This document shows positions 1-10,100 of a stretch of 64,000 bases of DNA, piece by piece. The DNA comes from a virus. The stretch's first letter is position 1; each line of letters opens with the position of its first letter. The stretch lies in IMG/VR virus record IMGVR_UViG_3300030098_006630, positions 33,176 through 97,175 of that record; one strand, given 5' to 3'. The notes below the pieces were generated by a model. It was given only the letters and a program-made list of their open reading frames with translations, had not been told where the DNA came from and did no database searches. A program made the translations under genes and the position numbers.

Positions 1-46
1 TTGAAAAAAAGCGTGAAATATTTTATAAATGCAATGGAGAAAGTAA

Positions 47-988
47 ATGATTGATATAAACGTCTTTGCGACAAACTCTTATCTGTATTTAATACAAAAA
101 ATCCTACTCCCCAGTATTGTAGCCTATCACCCAGGCGCAGAGGTTAATGTCCTTTTTACTGAAAAAGGTGCTCTTCCCAATATCGGTGGCTCGACTCATG
201 ACCCTCAGTTTAAAGACTTAATGACTCATCGCATGGCTCATTATTTAAGAGTTTTAAAGAAGAATAAAGGTAAGAAAGTTTTATTTCTAGATGGCGATAT
301 AATCATTTTACAACCTTTTCTACACGATTTAGAGGAGCGATTAGATAATTATGACATTCTGCACCAAGGCGGAGGGATTCTTGCTTTTAATTCAAACGAA
401 CACACTATTAAGCTGTTTGAAGATTTTGTAAACCAGTGTATAGCAACAAAACCAGAAGATCGACCCCCTGGTTTCCCGGAGTTCGAACTGCAAGCAGCTT
501 TTAAAGAATATTACGACTCTTCTTTGGTGTCGCTCCTTCCTGAACAATATGGTTATTTGTGCGAAGATCCTTACATGTATCACGCCATGAATAGTGGAAA
601 TACAATGCCTGAAAAAATGGTCATTCTTACTTGGGCAGAACAAATAGCTATTAAACTTAGAAATGTCAAACCAACTGAGTCAGAGCGATTTAAAAGATTT
701 AAGAAAAATAAAGAAAATATATTATTTGGGTGCGGTTATGTAAAATATAACGACCCCGCCGACCCCTCTAAAGGATTAGATTATTTTGCCTTCGACTCTT
801 CTAAAACCGAAGCCTTTGTGGATTTGGACATTATTAAAGCCCATGCTGATCATCTTTATTTTTGTTTTGAAGCCTCTTGGGATAACGAAGAGGGTATAGA
901 AAAAGACGATAAAATAGTATATTTCGCTGATATGCGAGAGCCTGGTTTTCCAATTTTTGTTACTCAAAAAGCGGCTCCGTTCTTTTAA
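47..988 (+). CDS. GT-A fold glycosyltransferase-like protein (nucleotide-diphospho-sugar transferase family)
   Basis: Hydrophobic strand followed by a DxD motif (KVLFLDGDIIIL), then GGILAF and a later MYHA motif. Lies at the start of a sugar-nucleotide gene cluster. Confidence 0.6.
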   Translation: MIDINVFATNSYLYLIQKILLPSIVAYHPGAEVNVLFTEKGALPNIGGSTHDPQFKDLMTHRMAHYLRVLKKNKGKKVLFLDGDIIILQPFLHDLEERLDNYDILHQGGGILAFNSNEHTIKLFEDFVNQCIATKPEDRPPGFPEFELQAAFKEYYDSSLVSLLPEQYGYLCEDPYMYHAMNSGNTMPEKMVILTWAEQIAIKLRNVKPTESERFKRFKKNKENILFGCGYVKYNDPADPSKGLDYFAFDSSKTEAFVDLDIIKAHADHLYFCFEASWDNEEGIEKDDKIVYFADMREPGFPIFVTQKAAPFF

Positions 989-1004
989 CGTCAAAGGAAA
1001 AATT

Positions 1005-1406
1005 ATGACTAATAGAAAATATTTACCCACACTATCCGAGCTTATAGATCGCCTCTCTATTGTTCAATTAAAAGAGGTGTTTATTCCTGAGCACAAAATG
1101 GAATATTCTCAGGAAATCAAAGATATTGTTCACGATATCCAACTATCTCTAAATGAAGGTGGAAAAATTACTGCCGAAACAATTAGAGCAATCGTTGTTC
1201 TTTCACAGATGAACTTACACATTTGGCACAATGAATCCAACTATCGCAAAGGAATTAAAGATGGCAACAATCTTGAATTAACTCACGGTATCAATGGCAT
1301 TAGAAACACTGCTAAAAATAAAATCCAAGAGATTGTTGGAGGCAGGAAAGACTACAAAATTGATTGTCTCGCCGCAGATTTCAAAGATTGGGAAGTAAGC
1401 TGGTAG
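1005..1406 (+). CDS. Helical hypothetical protein of a type seen in phage sugar clusters (DUF6165-like)
   Basis: TLSELIDRLSIVQLK...NLHIWHNES...NGIRNTAKNKI pattern. ATG at 1005 has an AAGGA SD and is preferred over the track start at 957. Confidence 0.45.
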   Translation: MTNRKYLPTLSELIDRLSIVQLKEVFIPEHKMEYSQEIKDIVHDIQLSLNEGGKITAETIRAIVVLSQMNLHIWHNESNYRKGIKDGNNLELTHGINGIRNTAKNKIQEIVGGRKDYKIDCLAADFKDWEVSW

Positions 1407-2149
1407 TGAAAGTTTTAGTCATAGGAGACGCTTGTGAGGATGTTTATATCTATGGAGACTGCTCCAGGCTAGCACCAGAAGCCCCTATTCCGGTATTTGT
1501 ACCCCAAGATAAAACGACCAATGGAGGCATGGCTATGAATGTTTTTGCAAACTTAAAGTCACTGGGTACGGATTGCGATATTCTTCATAATGTTGAAGAA
1601 ATTACCAAAACACGATATGTGGACAAAAAGACTAATCATATTTTCCTGCGAGTAGATACAGATGATAAAAAATTAAAGAGGATTGAAGAGAATAATCTTG
1701 ATAAAGATTTCCTTAATCAATATGATGCTATTGTAATATCCGATTACAATAAAGGCTTTCTAACCGAAGAGGATATTGAAAAGATTTGTTATAATCATCC
1801 TTTGACTTTCATGGATACAAAAAAAAATTTAGGTCGTTGGGCAAAAGATTGCACTTGGATTAAAATAAACGAAGAAGAATATAATAAAACTTTTAATAAA
1901 ATCGCCAACTTAGGGCACATTTTTGATGATAAACTCATCGTAACTTTAAGCGAAAAAGGTTGCCGCTATAAGGGAGACATATTCCCAGTAGAAAAAGTAG
2001 AGATTAAAGATTTAAGCGGAGCTGGAGATACTTTTCTCGCAAGTTTTGTTTCGGATTATCTTAAAAATAAAAATGCTACACAAGCAATAATTTTTGCTAA
2101 TGAATGCGCTACGCAGGTTGTACAAAAGAGAGGGGTAAATGTCATTTAA
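1406..2149 (+). CDS. hldE: PfkB-family sugar kinase resembling the HldE/RfaE domain I (heptose-7-phosphate kinase)
   Basis: VLVIGD..D.Y.YG.C.RLAPEAPIPV, GGMAMNV, KTRYV, ISDYNKGFL, KINE.E and the anion-hole motif DLSGAGDTFLA. GTG start overlaps the upstream TAG. Confidence 0.85.
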   Translation: MKVLVIGDACEDVYIYGDCSRLAPEAPIPVFVPQDKTTNGGMAMNVFANLKSLGTDCDILHNVEEITKTRYVDKKTNHIFLRVDTDDKKLKRIEENNLDKDFLNQYDAIVISDYNKGFLTEEDIEKICYNHPLTFMDTKKNLGRWAKDCTWIKINEEEYNKTFNKIANLGHIFDDKLIVTLSEKGCRYKGDIFPVEKVEIKDLSGAGDTFLASFVSDYLKNKNATQAIIFANECATQVVQKRGVNVI

Positions 2150-2429
2150 AGAATATTACGAGCACTATCTAACACTACATCAAAACAAATGGAATCGAAG
2201 ATTACACGTTCTTGGGAACGCTGCGACTATTACATTCGTAACTCTTTGTATTTTACATTCGCTCTGGTTTATGCTACTATTAACACCATTCATAGTTTAT
2301 CCTTTTGCTTGGAGCGGGCATTTTTTCTTTGAGAAAAACAAGCCTGCTGCCTTTTCTAACCCTTTATGGGCAAAAGCGTGCGACTGGGTAATGTTAAAAG
2401 ACATCCTAACAGGAAAAATAAGGTGGTAA
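2139..2429 (+). CDS. Mpo1-like / DUF962 membrane protein
   Basis: YLTLHQNKWNRRLHVLG, two hydrophobic helices, FAWSGHFFFEKNKPAAF and the conserved His pattern of DUF962. Confidence 0.8.
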   Translation: MSFKEYYEHYLTLHQNKWNRRLHVLGNAATITFVTLCILHSLWFMLLLTPFIVYPFAWSGHFFFEKNKPAAFSNPLWAKACDWVMLKDILTGKIRW

Positions 2430-2432
2430 CAA

Positions 2433-3362
2433 ATGGCTAATGTATTAATTACAGGGGGAGCAGGCTACATTGGAAGTGAGTTGGTCGAGTTTCTTCTTCC
2501 AGAGCACAAGGTAACAGTGGTAGATAACCTGATGTACGACAGAGATTCGCTTTTACGATATGTTCCAAATAAGAACTTTGATTTTATCAGAGGAGATGTA
2601 AGAGACACTGCTTTATTTGAAAAGCTCTTAAAAAATTCTGACATTATCATTCCGCTTGCAGCATTGGTGGGGTTTCCTTTGTGTGACCGCAAACCTGTGG
2701 AGGCTATCGATGTTAATTGTGGAGCGAATGAGTGGCTTGCACAAAAAAAATCCAATGATCAGATTGTTATTTATCCTTGCACAAACTCTGGCTATGGCAA
2801 AAGCATCGATGGCTCTGTGGTCACAGAAGAATCTCCTCTTAATCCTGTATCTTTGTATGGAAAAACCAAAGTTGAAGCCGAGGATGTTTTTAGACAAACT
2901 GACAACTGCGCTACTTTTCGCTTAGCTACCGTTTGCGGTCCATCTAGCAGAATGAGAACTGACCTTTTAGTTAACAACTTTGTCCTGCGAGCCCTACGCG
3001 ATAGAGTTTTGGTTCTTTACGAATGCGAGTTTATGAGGAACTATGTTCATATTCATGATGTCTGTCGCTCGTTTAAGTTTTTGATTGATAATTGGGATGA
3101 TTGTAAAAACGATACTTATAACCTTGGTCATGATGCAATGAACATGAACAAGCTTCAGTTAGCAGAGAAAATCGCTGGGCACACTCCGCTTGAGATTATC
3201 AAGGCAGAGTTCACCAAAGATCCAGATGTAAGAGATTACATTGTCAGCAGTCAAAAGATTTACGACAAAGGCTTTGAGTGTCTATACGACCTCGACACCA
3301 GCATTGAGCAGCTTATAAAGGCTTACAAGATTATTGACTCTCCTTGGTACGCGAACTACTAG
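2433..3362 (+). CDS. NAD-dependent nucleotide-sugar epimerase/dehydratase (extended SDR)
   Basis: ITGGAGYIG Rossmann motif, catalytic YGKTK (YxxxK), RNYVHIHDV. Confidence 0.9.
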   Translation: MANVLITGGAGYIGSELVEFLLPEHKVTVVDNLMYDRDSLLRYVPNKNFDFIRGDVRDTALFEKLLKNSDIIIPLAALVGFPLCDRKPVEAIDVNCGANEWLAQKKSNDQIVIYPCTNSGYGKSIDGSVVTEESPLNPVSLYGKTKVEAEDVFRQTDNCATFRLATVCGPSSRMRTDLLVNNFVLRALRDRVLVLYECEFMRNYVHIHDVCRSFKFLIDNWDDCKNDTYNLGHDAMNMNKLQLAEKIAGHTPLEIIKAEFTKDPDVRDYIVSSQKIYDKGFECLYDLDTSIEQLIKAYKIIDSPWYANY

Positions 3363-3767
3363 ATGAAAGTTATCTGGACTAATGGCTGTTTCGATATTCT
3401 TCATCGAGGGCATGTAGAGCTTTTTAAGTTTTGTAAATCACAAGGGGACTACCTTGTTGTTGGCATAGATACCGACAGTCGCGTAAAAGAAAGTAAAGGA
3501 CCCAGCCGCCCTTTCAACAGCCAAGAAGACCGAAAGTTTTTCCTTGAAGCAATCAAGTACATTGACAAGGTTGTGTTATTTTCAACCGATAACGAGCTAC
3601 GACAAAGGCTTGCTGAAAGCAATGTAGATACAATGATTGTTGGCTCTGATTGGAAAGGTAAACGAGTCGTAGGACAGGAAAAAGTTAACAAAGTTTTATT
3701 TTTTGATAGAATAGGAACATACTCTACCACAAGCATTTTGGAGGCAAATAATGACGTATGTAGTTGA
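3363..3767 (+). CDS. Nucleotidyltransferase resembling the HldE/RfaE domain II (heptose-1-phosphate adenylyltransferase; cytidylyltransferase-like fold)
   Basis: TNGCFDILHRGH (HxGH), LVVGIDTD, KGPSRP, VGSDW, YSTT. Confidence 0.85.
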   Translation: MKVIWTNGCFDILHRGHVELFKFCKSQGDYLVVGIDTDSRVKESKGPSRPFNSQEDRKFFLEAIKYIDKVVLFSTDNELRQRLAESNVDTMIVGSDWKGKRVVGQEKVNKVLFFDRIGTYSTTSILEANNDVCS

Positions 3768-4080
3768 TATTGATGGAACAATCTGTGAAAAGGTCTCTGG
3801 TAACGACTACACACAAGCAGAGCCGCTACACAATCGTATAAAGGTTATTAACCAGCTTTACGACGACGGTTGCGAGATTATTTATTTTACTGCGAGAGGA
3901 ATGGGTCGTCACAACAATGATGCTGAAAAAGCCATCGCTCAGTTTTACGATCTAACCGAAAAACAACTTGCCTCTTGGGGAGCTAAGTATCATAAGCTTA
4001 TGCTTGGCAAGCCGGCTGGAGATTTTTACATTGACGATAAAGGAATAAGTGCTCATGTCTACTTTGAATCAGGCTCCTGA
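3751..4080 (+). CDS. Small HAD-family phosphatase (capsule-biosynthesis-phosphatase / GmhB-like role)
   Basis: DIDGT (DxDxT), FTARG, GKP..DFYIDDK. Confidence 0.8.
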   Translation: MTYVVDIDGTICEKVSGNDYTQAEPLHNRIKVINQLYDDGCEIIYFTARGMGRHNNDAEKAIAQFYDLTEKQLASWGAKYHKLMLGKPAGDFYIDDKGISAHVYFESGS

Positions 4081-4423
4081 AATAATTCATGTCGAAAAAG
4101 GCTGGGGTTATGAAAAATGGATAGTAAATAAGAAAGAATACTGTGGGAAGCTTTTATTTTTTCATCAAGGCAAGAGATGTTCATGGCATTATCATAAGTT
4201 AAAAGATGAGGTCTTTTATCTTCAATCTGGAGAAATGTTAGTAAAGTTTTCAGAAGAGGATGATATTTCTAAAGCCGAAGAGTTGGTACTAAAACCAGGA
4301 GACAATTTTCATGTCTATAGAGGACTACGCCATCAAATGATAGCGCTAAAGCCATCAGAGTTGTTTGAGTTCTCTACAGAACATTTCGATTCAGATTCTT
4401 ATAGGGTTATAAAAGGAGATTAA
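4055..4423 (+). CDS. Cupin-fold sugar(-phosphate) isomerase (mannose-6-P / D-lyxose isomerase-like)
   Basis: KGWG.E.WI, CSWHYHKLKDE.F and H.M cupin motifs. Confidence 0.75.
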   Translation: MSTLNQAPEIIHVEKGWGYEKWIVNKKEYCGKLLFFHQGKRCSWHYHKLKDEVFYLQSGEMLVKFSEEDDISKAEELVLKPGDNFHVYRGLRHQMIALKPSELFEFSTEHFDSDSYRVIKGD

Positions 4424-4424
4424 G

Positions 4425-5375
4425 ATGAAGTTAGTTGTTATTACAGGATGTCTAGGTTTAATTGGCTCATATGTCACCCGTAAATGCCTCTCTAAGGGCT
4501 GGAAGGTCTATGGGGTAGACAACCTTACCTATGCGGCAAACAAATCGTTTCTAGAGGCATTTAAGAGGGATTCTAACTTTACCTTCTTAGAAGAAGATAT
4601 CGCCCAGCTTAAATCTTTGCCAGATTGTGATTATGTTATTAATATTGCTGCGGAATCTCACGTAGGTAATAGTATCATTGATAGTAGTGATTTTATTGAA
4701 ACAAACGTGAATGGAGTAAAGAATCTGCTAGATCTTATCCGCCGCAAGCCCGACAATACAATGAAGCGCCCTGTTTTCTTTCATTTTAGCACTGATGAAG
4801 TCTATGGAGATATTGCCGATGGTGAGCATGTAGAGACAGACCCGCTTATCCCAAGTAACCCTTATTCAGCTTCCAAGGCATCGTCAGACATGCTTATTTT
4901 GGCTTGGGCAAGAACTTACGGTGTAAAATATGTTATTGTTCGCCCAACAAACAATTATGGCGAAGGACAATACCCAGAAAAGCTCATACCTTTGTGCGTA
5001 AAGCTTCTCCAGAGAGGGAAAAAAATTAGACTTCACGATGAAGGAGAGCCAATTCGAAACTGGCTTCACGCAGAAGATACAGCAGAGGCAGTTACAACTA
5101 TTGTAGAATCAGGCAAAGTAGATGAAATCTTTAACATTCCAGGAGATTTTGAACAAAAAAACTGGTTAACTGTTAAAAAAATCATTGAAGCGTACTATAA
5201 TAGTGAGGTAAACTGGAAAGATTACGTGGACTTAAGCCACAAAAGACCTGGACAAGATGTTAGATATGCTCTTAATGGAGATAAATTAGAAGCACTTGGC
5301 TGGAAACCTACAAAGGTTTTCGACGAAGAGATTGTAAAGCTTGTTCAGTTTTACAAAGAAAATTTCAAATGGTAA
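4425..5375 (+). CDS. rmlB: dTDP-glucose 4,6-dehydratase-like SDR
   Basis: TGCLGLIG, DNLTYA, AAESHV, STDEVYG, PYSASK, NNYG..QYPEKLIP, RPGQDVRY. Confidence 0.85.
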   Translation: MKLVVITGCLGLIGSYVTRKCLSKGWKVYGVDNLTYAANKSFLEAFKRDSNFTFLEEDIAQLKSLPDCDYVINIAAESHVGNSIIDSSDFIETNVNGVKNLLDLIRRKPDNTMKRPVFFHFSTDEVYGDIADGEHVETDPLIPSNPYSASKASSDMLILAWARTYGVKYVIVRPTNNYGEGQYPEKLIPLCVKLLQRGKKIRLHDEGEPIRNWLHAEDTAEAVTTIVESGKVDEIFNIPGDFEQKNWLTVKKIIEAYYNSEVNWKDYVDLSHKRPGQDVRYALNGDKLEALGWKPTKVFDEEIVKLVQFYKENFKW

Positions 5376-5385
5376 GGAGAAAAAA

Positions 5386-5577
5386 ATGAAACTTTCAAAT
5401 CAAGGAATGGGCACTCTAATGATGTGCTTACAAAAATCATTATTAGAACAGAGCGATATTGTACCACTGTTACAGGAGCTTAACTTTGAAGTCGATGGAG
5501 ATGAAATTGTATGTACAAACCCTCCTAAAATTGAACTCAATACAACAGAATTTTTTCAAGAAACTGAGGATGCCTAA
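5386..5577 (+). CDS. Small hypothetical protein
   Basis: AAGGAG SD before ATG 5386. Fills the gap between flanking genes. Confidence 0.6.
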   Translation: MKLSNQGMGTLMMCLQKSLLEQSDIVPLLQELNFEVDGDEIVCTNPPKIELNTTEFFQETEDA

Positions 5578-5851
5578 ATATCTTTATAAATGTACAAACA
5601 CTGAGTGTGCTAAGGTGTTTGAAATTGTTCATTCTATGAAAGAAAAGCTAAAATCGTGCTCTGAATGTCTTGATGATTGTGACAAAGAATTCCCTCTAGA
5701 GAGATTACCAGCTCTATCTATCTCTATTTCTAAGCCATTATCACCTACACAAGATAAAAAAGCAGGTACATTAGTGAAAAAGAATATAGAAGAATTTAGA
5801 AAAGCCCTAAAAGAAGAACAACAGAAGCTGCGAGAGGTGGAATATAAATGA
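5570..5851 (+). CDS. FmdB-family zinc-ribbon protein
   Basis: MPKYLYKC....C...FEIVHSM......C..C pattern. GAGG lies immediately upstream and there is an ATGA overlap with the next gene. Confidence 0.7.
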   Translation: MPKYLYKCTNTECAKVFEIVHSMKEKLKSCSECLDDCDKEFPLERLPALSISISKPLSPTQDKKAGTLVKKNIEEFRKALKEEQQKLREVEYK

Positions 5852-6270
5852 TTAAAATAATTTTATCTTTATCTATAGTGGTTAATTTAGTTCTTATGGC
5901 ATTGGTTGTTGGATTGATGCCATTTTTATTATCTCTATCCATAGTGGTGATAGGCGTTTTAATTTGGTATATTTCCAAACTTACAAGTCAGCTAAATGAA
6001 ATAACAGATAATTTTGACGATTTTTATTCTAAAGTTCAAAACTATGAACAACATGTCGAGAATATACATGGCTTAGAGATGTTTTATGGAGATCAGACAC
6101 TTCAGAGCTTAATGAATCATTCGCGCACTATTTTAAATGATATTTATGATTTCCAAGAGAAATTTATTATGACCGAGGAAGAAGAACTTGAGCGAGAACC
6201 CGAAACCCCGCCGCAGGCGGAAAAAGAAAAATCTATACTTTACAGAGACTCACCAGAAGGCGATAGTTGA
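5848..6270 (+). CDS. Membrane-anchored coiled-coil hypothetical protein
   Basis: Two N-terminal hydrophobic segments followed by a helical region and an acidic tail. Confidence 0.6.
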   Translation: MIKIILSLSIVVNLVLMALVVGLMPFLLSLSIVVIGVLIWYISKLTSQLNEITDNFDDFYSKVQNYEQHVENIHGLEMFYGDQTLQSLMNHSRTILNDIYDFQEKFIMTEEEELEREPETPPQAEKEKSILYRDSPEGDS

Positions 6271-6889
6271 TTACGCCTTAACAGACTGTAGAAAGATTAG
6301 AACAGAACTTTATATTCAATATATTGGTCCTGTTTTCGATGAGATGGTAGATAAAATTACTTATACCTACAAGTTTACTACATTGCCAAACATCGAAGTT
6401 CTCAAGGACGAATGTAAGATCTGGCTTACAACCATCTTAGATAAGTTCGACCCAGAGAAAGGCTCCAAAGCCTTTTCTTATTTTAGTGTGATTACCAAGA
6501 ACTGGTTTATTCACAAGGTCAAAAAGAACTCTAAAAATCTTAAGAAAGAAGTAAATTACGAAGACGCAGTAGGTGAAATAGAGCAGCAATATTTATCTGA
6601 AGAAAACATTTATTTAGAAAAAAGAGAGAAATATGAATTTTGGCAATCGCTGATGAAAGAATTTGATATCTGGGAGAAACAAAACCTTAAAGAAAACGAA
6701 AGAAAAGTTTTAAATGCGATTATTGATCTTTTTGATAATGTTGATGAACTTGAAATTTTTAATAAAAAAGCTATTTATATGCATATAAGAGAATTAACTA
6801 ATCTCAACACGAAGCAAGTAGTAAATAACTTAAATCGACTTAGAGAAAAATATAGAAATTTCAAAAAAGAATATAATAAGGATATTTAG
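6188..6889 (+). CDS. Phage late sigma factor (T4 gp55-like)
   Basis: LYFT, and KFDPEKGSKAFSYFSVITKNWF which resembles the gp55 region-2 motif (FDPEK...FAYFT.I..NAF). Followed by a C-terminal helix-turn-helix-like segment. Sits directly upstream of the virion genes. Confidence 0.75.
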   Translation: MSENPKPRRRRKKKNLYFTETHQKAIVDYALTDCRKIRTELYIQYIGPVFDEMVDKITYTYKFTTLPNIEVLKDECKIWLTTILDKFDPEKGSKAFSYFSVITKNWFIHKVKKNSKNLKKEVNYEDAVGEIEQQYLSEENIYLEKREKYEFWQSLMKEFDIWEKQNLKENERKVLNAIIDLFDNVDELEIFNKKAIYMHIRELTNLNTKQVVNNLNRLREKYRNFKKEYNKDI

Positions 6890-7183
6890 ATGTCAGCGCC
6901 TGATTTAGAAAATTGCCTGGATGCAGCTTTAGAAAATGTTAAAAATGATAGAGCCTTGGCTTTAACATTATTGACTGATCTAATGAAATATATTCAAGCA
7001 GAAGAGGCTCGACATAAGGAAGTGGGACTTACAGCAGCAAAATATCTTGAAACCCTTCAGCGCTCTAATGAACAATTGGTGAAGTTGTCTGGCTTGTTAT
7101 ACAAAAAGAATAATCAAGAAGTAGGGTTATCAGCCGACGATAAGGAAGATTTATATTCTCTTATTCAAAGCAATGAGGGCTAA
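6890..7183 (+). CDS. Small helical hypothetical protein
   Basis: Abuts the sigma gene stop; amphipathic helices. Confidence 0.6.
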   Translation: MSAPDLENCLDAALENVKNDRALALTLLTDLMKYIQAEEARHKEVGLTAAKYLETLQRSNEQLVKLSGLLYKKNNQEVGLSADDKEDLYSLIQSNEG

Positions 7184-7185
7184 AA

Positions 7186-10100
7186 ATGGGGACTAAATCT
7201 TTTCGTAGAGCGCTAGACGAACAAAGAAGAGGCGAGGATGGCTTAAGATTTGTCAGTCGAGCTTTAGATTTGCTAGCGCAGAAAGATGAGATTTTAGACC
7301 ATGGACCTTTTCTCGCTTTTGTATTGCGCGTAGAGATACAAGAAGGCGCAAATCCTAAAACAAGCGATAATGATTGGTTATCTATGCTCCAAGCTCAAGA
7401 AGCCACTTATCAATCATCAGCCGGCGGCACCAACAAGCAAGGGAAGCTACCTAATCCCGTCAGAGGAATAAAGAAGATGATTGTGACCGCACGGGTCGCG
7501 AAAGATATCTTTCCACGAACGAAAATAAGTTCAGCTCCTGGTTCGTTTCCTCAACCAGACATCCACGCATGGATTCCTTTCCCTCAACAATTTGGGAATA
7601 TAACTGAAGTAGACGCCGTTTCTAACTATTATATTTCTCAGCATACTCAATTTATTTCTGAGTCTGAATCTGTGTTTGAGTATGGAATCCCCGCCCCTGG
7701 AAGCTTGGTTCTGGTTGATTGGATAAAAAAAGGTCAAGATGGACCTCGTATGCCCATTTATAAGAAACCTTTACGAACGGGTCAATCGGGAACCAAATCG
7801 CTAAATCCTGATTGCGATAAAGAAAAAAATAAATCACAAACCAACCCTCCACCTGGTGGTAATAAAAAACAAAAAACACATCCTGGAAATAATAAAAAAG
7901 GCAAAGTGGCACCTCCACCGCCCGCCGGGTTTCGCAATTACCCTATATACAGTCACTTAACACCCCGTCTTCGCGGAAAAGGAATTATTCAGGGCAACGC
8001 TGCGAGCAAGAATTATTTTAAAAGCTCTCAAAGTCTTTTGAATAATATAAATTATCTTTTAGCTTCCATGCAGGTAATGCAATATTACGTTCAAGACCTG
8101 GCTTTATCAGGATGGATTCAAAAGCAATTTAAAATTTGTTCCACTTGGCCTGGTGTACGAGCGAAGGTATACTACACGGGAAACGGAGGAGCGACCTATA
8201 AGGGACACGCTAAAGCCTCTCAACACAAAACAGGTAAAGCGGTAGATTTTGGGATTAAAATCTTTCCCGTAATAGATAAAAATAACGCTCAACATCAACA
8301 AATAATGACGGATTATGTTACCGCTCATCATAAGAGAAGTTTCATGAAGTGGCGCAAAAAACGAAAATCGCGAAGACGCATGTCTGATGCCGACGCCTCG
8401 ATCGCCTTCGCAAAAAAAGGGGTAAAATTGAGCTATGATTTTGCTTATGCCGTCATAGCTTCTTTAGTTGTAAAAGGAAAAATTAAAGATGGAGGCTGGG
8501 GAACTTACAAAAATGGAAGTTCACGAACCGGCACCAATCGACCCGGTAAGACATATTACGATAGTTATAAAAATTTGTCTACCGTTCCAGTAGATTCTAC
8601 TCATTGGGATTACAAGAGTAATCGTCGCTGGATGTGGGTGGCAGTTGGAAGTTCGAAACGAGTACATTGGTTTAAAAAATATTGGAAAGCATGGCGTAAA
8701 AAGAATAATTTAACGAAATCCCAAGCCTCAAAGATGAAACTTTGGATGAAATTTCAGATGGATTCTAATTTTACCACACCCCAGGTTGATAGTTGGTACA
8801 ATGCTTTAACTGTTGGTGCTGGTGCTGCTTTTGGACAACCCATTCCATCTCCAGAGACAGTGTTAAAATATTGGACCGACAATAATTTAATTTTAAGAGT
8901 AAAACAGAAGCCGTATGATAAAAGCTCTTTAAAGATAAAGATCCCACCAGTGCTTCCAACACCGACTAGTACATCTCAAGTTCCGCCACCCGCATCAGCA
9001 ACTCCGCCCGTGTCTACTGCTACTGTGATGCCTCCTCCCAAACAAGGACCTGGAACTACAGGAGCACAACATAGAGCAATGTCTATGGGCAACGTAGGAA
9101 CTCCAGTAGGCGGTGGAGGTGGTGCAGCATCACCAGCCGCAGCCGCAGCAGCATCCGCAGGGGCAGGAGTAGGAAACACAGCGCCTGGAACGGCAGCATC
9201 TAAAGCAGGCGCAGCCGCCGCGAAGATTGCAACCAAGACAACTCCCAAAAAATCTACCCCATCACAACCAAATGCCGAGTGTGAAGAAAGCCAGACAAAA
9301 TCCACCTCTAAGAGTCAAACTTCAAAGAAAAATACAAATGCGAACAAAAATCAAATAGCACCTGGAAAATCTCAACCTGTAGCAAATGCTCCCGCAGGTA
9401 CAATACAATATCCTTCTCAAAAATTAGAGTGGCAAAAGAAGAAATATAATACGGCTTTGAAAGCCACCATGTTGGTAATCCATGAAACAGGCAAATCTAA
9501 ACCAGCTTACCACGTAGCTAAAGAAAACTTTGAACGCTCTCAAAAACGCAAAAAAGACGGCGCAGGGTGGATGCATTTTTATGGTGGTCGCGCAGGAGAA
9601 ATTATTCAACAGCTCCCGACCAATTCTCCTGCTCTGCATGCCAACTGGGCTAGCACTAACGCTATTGGTTATGAAGTCTGTAATCTTGGTGCAATCTCAT
9701 CCACATCATCACTTCTTAGTAAAACCAAGATAAATAAACTAGGGTATAAGATTTTAGGACCCGAGGGTAACGTTGGAGGTAAATTAGGAAACGGCAAGGT
9801 AAAATCTTTGGGATTGTATCCTGGAAAAAACTACGCCCTTCCTGGTGAAAAACAATGTCTAAGAGTATGGGAAACAATCAAGTGGCTCGTAGGAACATCC
9901 AAACCTCATCCAGAATTAGCATTAAGTATTGTTTTCCCAGCGGTTCTTAACGATACAGCCAAAACCATCGGAACAGGATTGCACAGTTCAAAACTCGGCG
10001 GCTCTTCAAAAGAAAAGGTTTTTGTATGGGGCAGGTTTAACCCACTTAAACCTCCTTTCTATAAAAATGGAAATTACATGTCTTCGTGGAAAAAAGGACA

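Noticed and set aside
1-54. TTGAAA-N17-TATAAA as a sigma70 promoter
   Set aside because: It lies in an open frame (LKKSVKYFINAMEKVND-TGA) that is probably the tail of the upstream gene, and AT-rich chance matches are common. It cannot be judged at the window edge.
47-5375. Bacterial LPS locus or host contamination
   Set aside because: The genes are tightly coupled, on the same strand and contiguous with the phage sigma and virion genes, with no visible junction or attachment site.
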